NCBI GenBank assembly: GCA_041650715.1
Contig: JBAZKQ010000001.1
Location: forward strand, 518,945 to 582,944
Source: Patescibacteria group bacterium
GTDB taxonomy: Bacteria > Patescibacteriota > Patescibacteriia > Patescibacteriales > UBA12465
Length of the DNA: 64,000 nt
Direction: 5' to 3'
Shown: in pieces, positions 61,631-64,000 of the stretch
Numbering within the stretch: the first letter of the stretch is position 1
How the letters are laid out: each line of letters begins with the position of its first letter
Made by a program: the position numbers and the translations under genes
The notes under the pieces: model-generated
Database searches by the model: none
Seen by the model: only the letters and a program-made list of their open reading frames with translations
Told to the model about the DNA's origin: nothing

Positions 61631-64000
61631 TTACTCGGCGTCAGAAATCTTGGTTAAATCACTATTCGTTATCCCTAAACCGCGCTGGCGCATAATGTTA
61701 TACGCATCGTCCGGACGGCCCAAATAATATAGTTCTAAATTTACCGGATCAAAATAATACGCACGCCCGGAATCATTTGGTTTTAGGAGTATGCGTCCGG
61801 CGAGCTGGCTCCAACCCTGCGGGTTGTTTTCAATCGCTGTAAAATCAGAATTTGAAACGCCCAGCGCGAAACGACGCATCAAATTATAGGCGTCTTCAGG
61901 ACGACCTAAACTATAACGACGGCCGTCACTCGGATTAACATACCAGGCTTGACCCTTGTCCTGAACCTGAAGGAGAATTCGACCCTTGAGCCGCTTGGTT
62001 AAACTGGCGTTAATACCGGAGCCGGCGGGACTGATAGTCGAACCGGAGTTTGTATTGCCGCTCCCATTACTCGCAGTGCCCGACGCGATATTAGAATCCG
62101 CGCCTGACAGAGAAAATGATTTTGTATTGGTAATTAAATATTTCGAATTAAGGATAACATTAACGGTATAACTTGAACCGTTCTTAACATAGAAAGCTTG
62201 GCCGAATAATTGGTTGCCCGCACCGGCGTAGTAAGCCAAGTATTGTCCGGCCGCGAGCGCCAAAGAGGCTGAGTTATTAGTTAACTTTAAGGTCGTTAGC
62301 TGCTTATCACGCACATAAGTCCCCTTGCTTCCGGCGAGCGAATAAAGAATTATCGTGGGGCTGGTGTTTACGCCTTTGCCTTGCGGATCGCTTAAATTAA
62401 AATTGATTAAACTCGTCGTAAACTTCTGATAAGTATTATTCCCGTTTATCGCGACATTCCAAAAAATATCATTGCGATTTAAAGCATCAAGCGTCACTAA
62501 GGCGTAATTACCGGCCGGATATTCGAATTGAAATTCCCCGCTCGTATCGGTTTTAAGGGTTAATAACCTGTCGCCCAAAACATAAACGCCGTTACTGACC
62601 TTCTGCTCATAGAGATAAAAAACTTTAGAGGCCAGGATTCGCCCGCCCGCTTCTTGGAATTGGCCGCTTAAACCGCTGGCCACGGATTCAAACTCAAGAT
62701 CTTTTTCCAAATTAACTCTAATATTATAAAAGCTTTCCAGGTTGCCATTAGCATCTTTCAGGGTTATGGCGTAAATTCCCGTTTGCGTGCCATAGGTATT
62801 ATAGGGAGAAACATAGACGAGTGCAGTGCCGCCCGCGTCAGTCTGGAGATTGGCGATTAATTTTTTAGTATCAATAATCGGATTATTATCGGCATCGTAA
62901 GTCTGGAGGTAAAGAGAAAAATTATAGTTACGCTTTAATTCTCCCTTTGTATCGCGTAAGACAATTTTCAGGGCCGGAATATTTTTCGTGATCGTCCGGT
63001 CGTAGCCGCAGACGAAGCGAATGGCGTCATAGAACCAAAACTCTCCGAGGTCGGATTTTTTATCATAGACCTTTAGAGCATATTTTTTATCAGGAGTCGG
63101 CTTAAAACTAACTACCGCTTGGCCGTATTCATTCGTTGTGCCACTAAGGACCTTAGTCCCGACAATAGGCAAACCGTTAAAATTTTGGTTTTGCTCGTAA
63201 ATTTCAAATTTCAAGCCTCGCGCGCTTTGCCCGGAAAAATCACTTAAAGACACATAAACATTAGAGGCGGTCGTGCAAGCTACCGAACTCAGGTTTGCGT
63301 TTGAACCTTGATCTGGGCTGGTATACCCAGGAGTATTGCTGCCGTCAGTCAGATTTAGCAAAAAATCACTCGTGTTGCCGCTCGACACATAGGTAGACCA
63401 AAAATATTTATAGTCAGAGCCGACTTTAACCCGTAAGGCATATAGCCCAGGAGAAACCTCCATTGAACCGTAACCATTACCTGCAATCACAAAAGAGCCA
63501 ACCTTAGTGTCCAATAAATTTTCATTATTAATGCCACTTTTTTGTTTATAAACTTCTACGGTCGCGCCCACTGTTGAAGCACCCGAATCATATTTTAATC
63601 TAACCCGTAGAATGCTTAAAGAATTTGAATAATTATTAATACTACCGTCACTAACATAAATATTATAAACTTCGGATTTGATATTATTATGATTAAACTC
63701 AAAAACATAATAATCGCTGGCCCCGCTGGTAATCCCACGCAAACTTCCTTGGGGTAAATATATTTTTACTTGTCCGGAAGTGCCAGAATTAAAACTACCC
63801 ATCAACTCATTTTTTACATTTTCCAAATTACCGTTAGCGTCATGAAGCTGGGTATAAACACTAAAGTTGCTATTAGCTAAAATCCCGCCATCCGCCTCAT
63901 GCAGCGACACTAAAAGCCCGCTCAAAGTCTTATTGATAACAGCCGTTTCTCCACAATCAAGGGTGTTGTCAAAAAACCAAAAACTGGCAGAATCCTTGGC
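61631..64000 (-). CDS. Large repeat-built surface protein; 5' end beyond the window
   Basis: The frame stays open upstream of the track start (which is a TTG) through to position 64000. It contains at least 6 tandem ~90-100-aa beta-sandwich-like modules with a CarboxypepD_reg/Cna-B-like pattern. An S/G/N-rich linker follows, then two ~55-aa C-terminal repeats of the form GRILL...AWY..P....Y.LGRP.DAYN.MR..(G/A)LG(I/V)(S/T)NSD. Confidence 0.75.
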   Translation of the reverse strand, partial: AKDSASFWFFDNTLDCGETAVINKTLSGLLVSLHEADGGILANSNFSVYTQLHDANGNLENVKNELMGSFNSGTSGQVKIYLPQGSLRGITSGASDYYVFEFNHNNIKSEVYNIYVSDGSINNYSNSLSILRVRLKYDSGASTVGATVEVYKQKSGINNENLLDTKVGSFVIAGNGYGSMEVSPGLYALRVKVGSDYKYFWSTYVSSGNTSDFLLNLTDGSNTPGYTSPDQGSNANLSSVACTTASNVYVSLSDFSGQSARGLKFEIYEQNQNFNGLPIVGTKVLSGTTNEYGQAVVSFKPTPDKKYALKVYDKKSDLGEFWFYDAIRFVCGYDRTITKNIPALKIVLRDTKGELKRNYNFSLYLQTYDADNNPIIDTKKLIANLQTDAGGTALVYVSPYNTYGTQTGIYAITLKDANGNLESFYNIRVNLEKDLEFESVASGLSGQFQEAGGRILASKVFYLYEQKVSNGVYVLGDRLLTLKTDTSGEFQFEYPAGNYALVTLDALNRNDIFWNVAINGNNTYQKFTTSLINFNLSDPQGKGVNTSPTIILYSLAGSKGTYVRDKQLTTLKLTNNSASLALAAGQYLAYYAGAGNQLFGQAFYVKNGSSYTVNVILNSKYLITNTKSFSLSGADSNIASGTASNGSGNTNSGSTISPAGSGINASLTKRLKGRILLQVQDKGQAWYVNPSDGRRYSLGRPEDAYNLMRRFALGVSNSDFTAIENNPQGWSQLAGRILLKPNDSGRAYYFDPVNLELYYLGRPDDAYNIMRQRGLGITNSDLTKISDAE

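Noticed and set aside
1-64000. Searched for CRISPR arrays, tRNA/rRNA genes, transposases, integrases and long direct or inverted repeats marking mobile elements.
   Set aside because: All intergenic gaps are 206 nt or shorter, and none folds by eye into a cloverleaf. The only tandem repeats are in-frame coding repeats (the L3 tail and lysine/glutamate tracts). No recombinase-like ORF is present.

Overview
This is a gene-dense (about 90% coding) 64-kb bacterial fragment. I call 69 protein genes plus one 30-codon ORF, and 62 of the 69 are on the minus strand. The standard code applies: UGA acts as a stop and RF2 is present.

Several traits fit a small-genome Patescibacteria/CPR-like organism, but this is inference only and no database was consulted. 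These traits are tiny intergenic gaps, almost no Shine-Dalgarno motifs, trimmed or variant housekeeping proteins (RpoA without an alpha-CTD, AlaRS without C-Ala, archaeal-type ProRS, type-2 IleRS and TyrRS), ComEC, and large repeat-built surface proteins.

Gene order on the minus strand, from high to low coordinates:
- a partial giant surface protein, holB, a BNR lipoprotein, frr, rseP, hpf, secA
- a small ASCH / DUF3850 / deoxyribosyltransferase-like cluster, then ileS
- a plus-strand orphan gene
- U32 peptidase, ruvA, proS
- mreB-mreC-mreD, pfkB kinase, RmlC-like cupin, HIT, rfbB, a lone receiver domain, a second mreB
- GT4, an S8 protease fused to FG-GAP repeats, a UXS-like SDR
- a plus-strand island: degenerate PilB/GspE-like protein, GT2, DUF2304, GT4, GT4
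- a membrane protein, mraY, ftsW, murG, murC, an ABC exporter, murB, alaS
- infA-rpmJ-rpsM-rpsK-rpsD-rpoA-rplQ-rplM-rpsI, prfB, comEC
- a CpG-poor orphan gene, pgeF, tyrS, (rpmB on plus), an M50 protease
- rpsL-rpsG-fusA-orphan-tuf, then rpsJ-rplC-rplD-rplW-rplB-rpsS-rplV

I saw no rRNA, tRNA, CRISPR array, transposase or integrase.

Most worth a second look:
- the nucleoside-handling mini-cluster between secA and ileS
- the catalytically degenerate PilB-like protein coupled to a glycosyltransferase operon
- the mreBCD / sugar-nucleotide / receiver / mreB2 supercluster
- the compositionally foreign orphan next to comEC
- a consensus promoter followed by a terminator-like leader in front of infA
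- the 206-nt non-coding spacer inside the S10 operon
- the alpha-CTD-less RpoA
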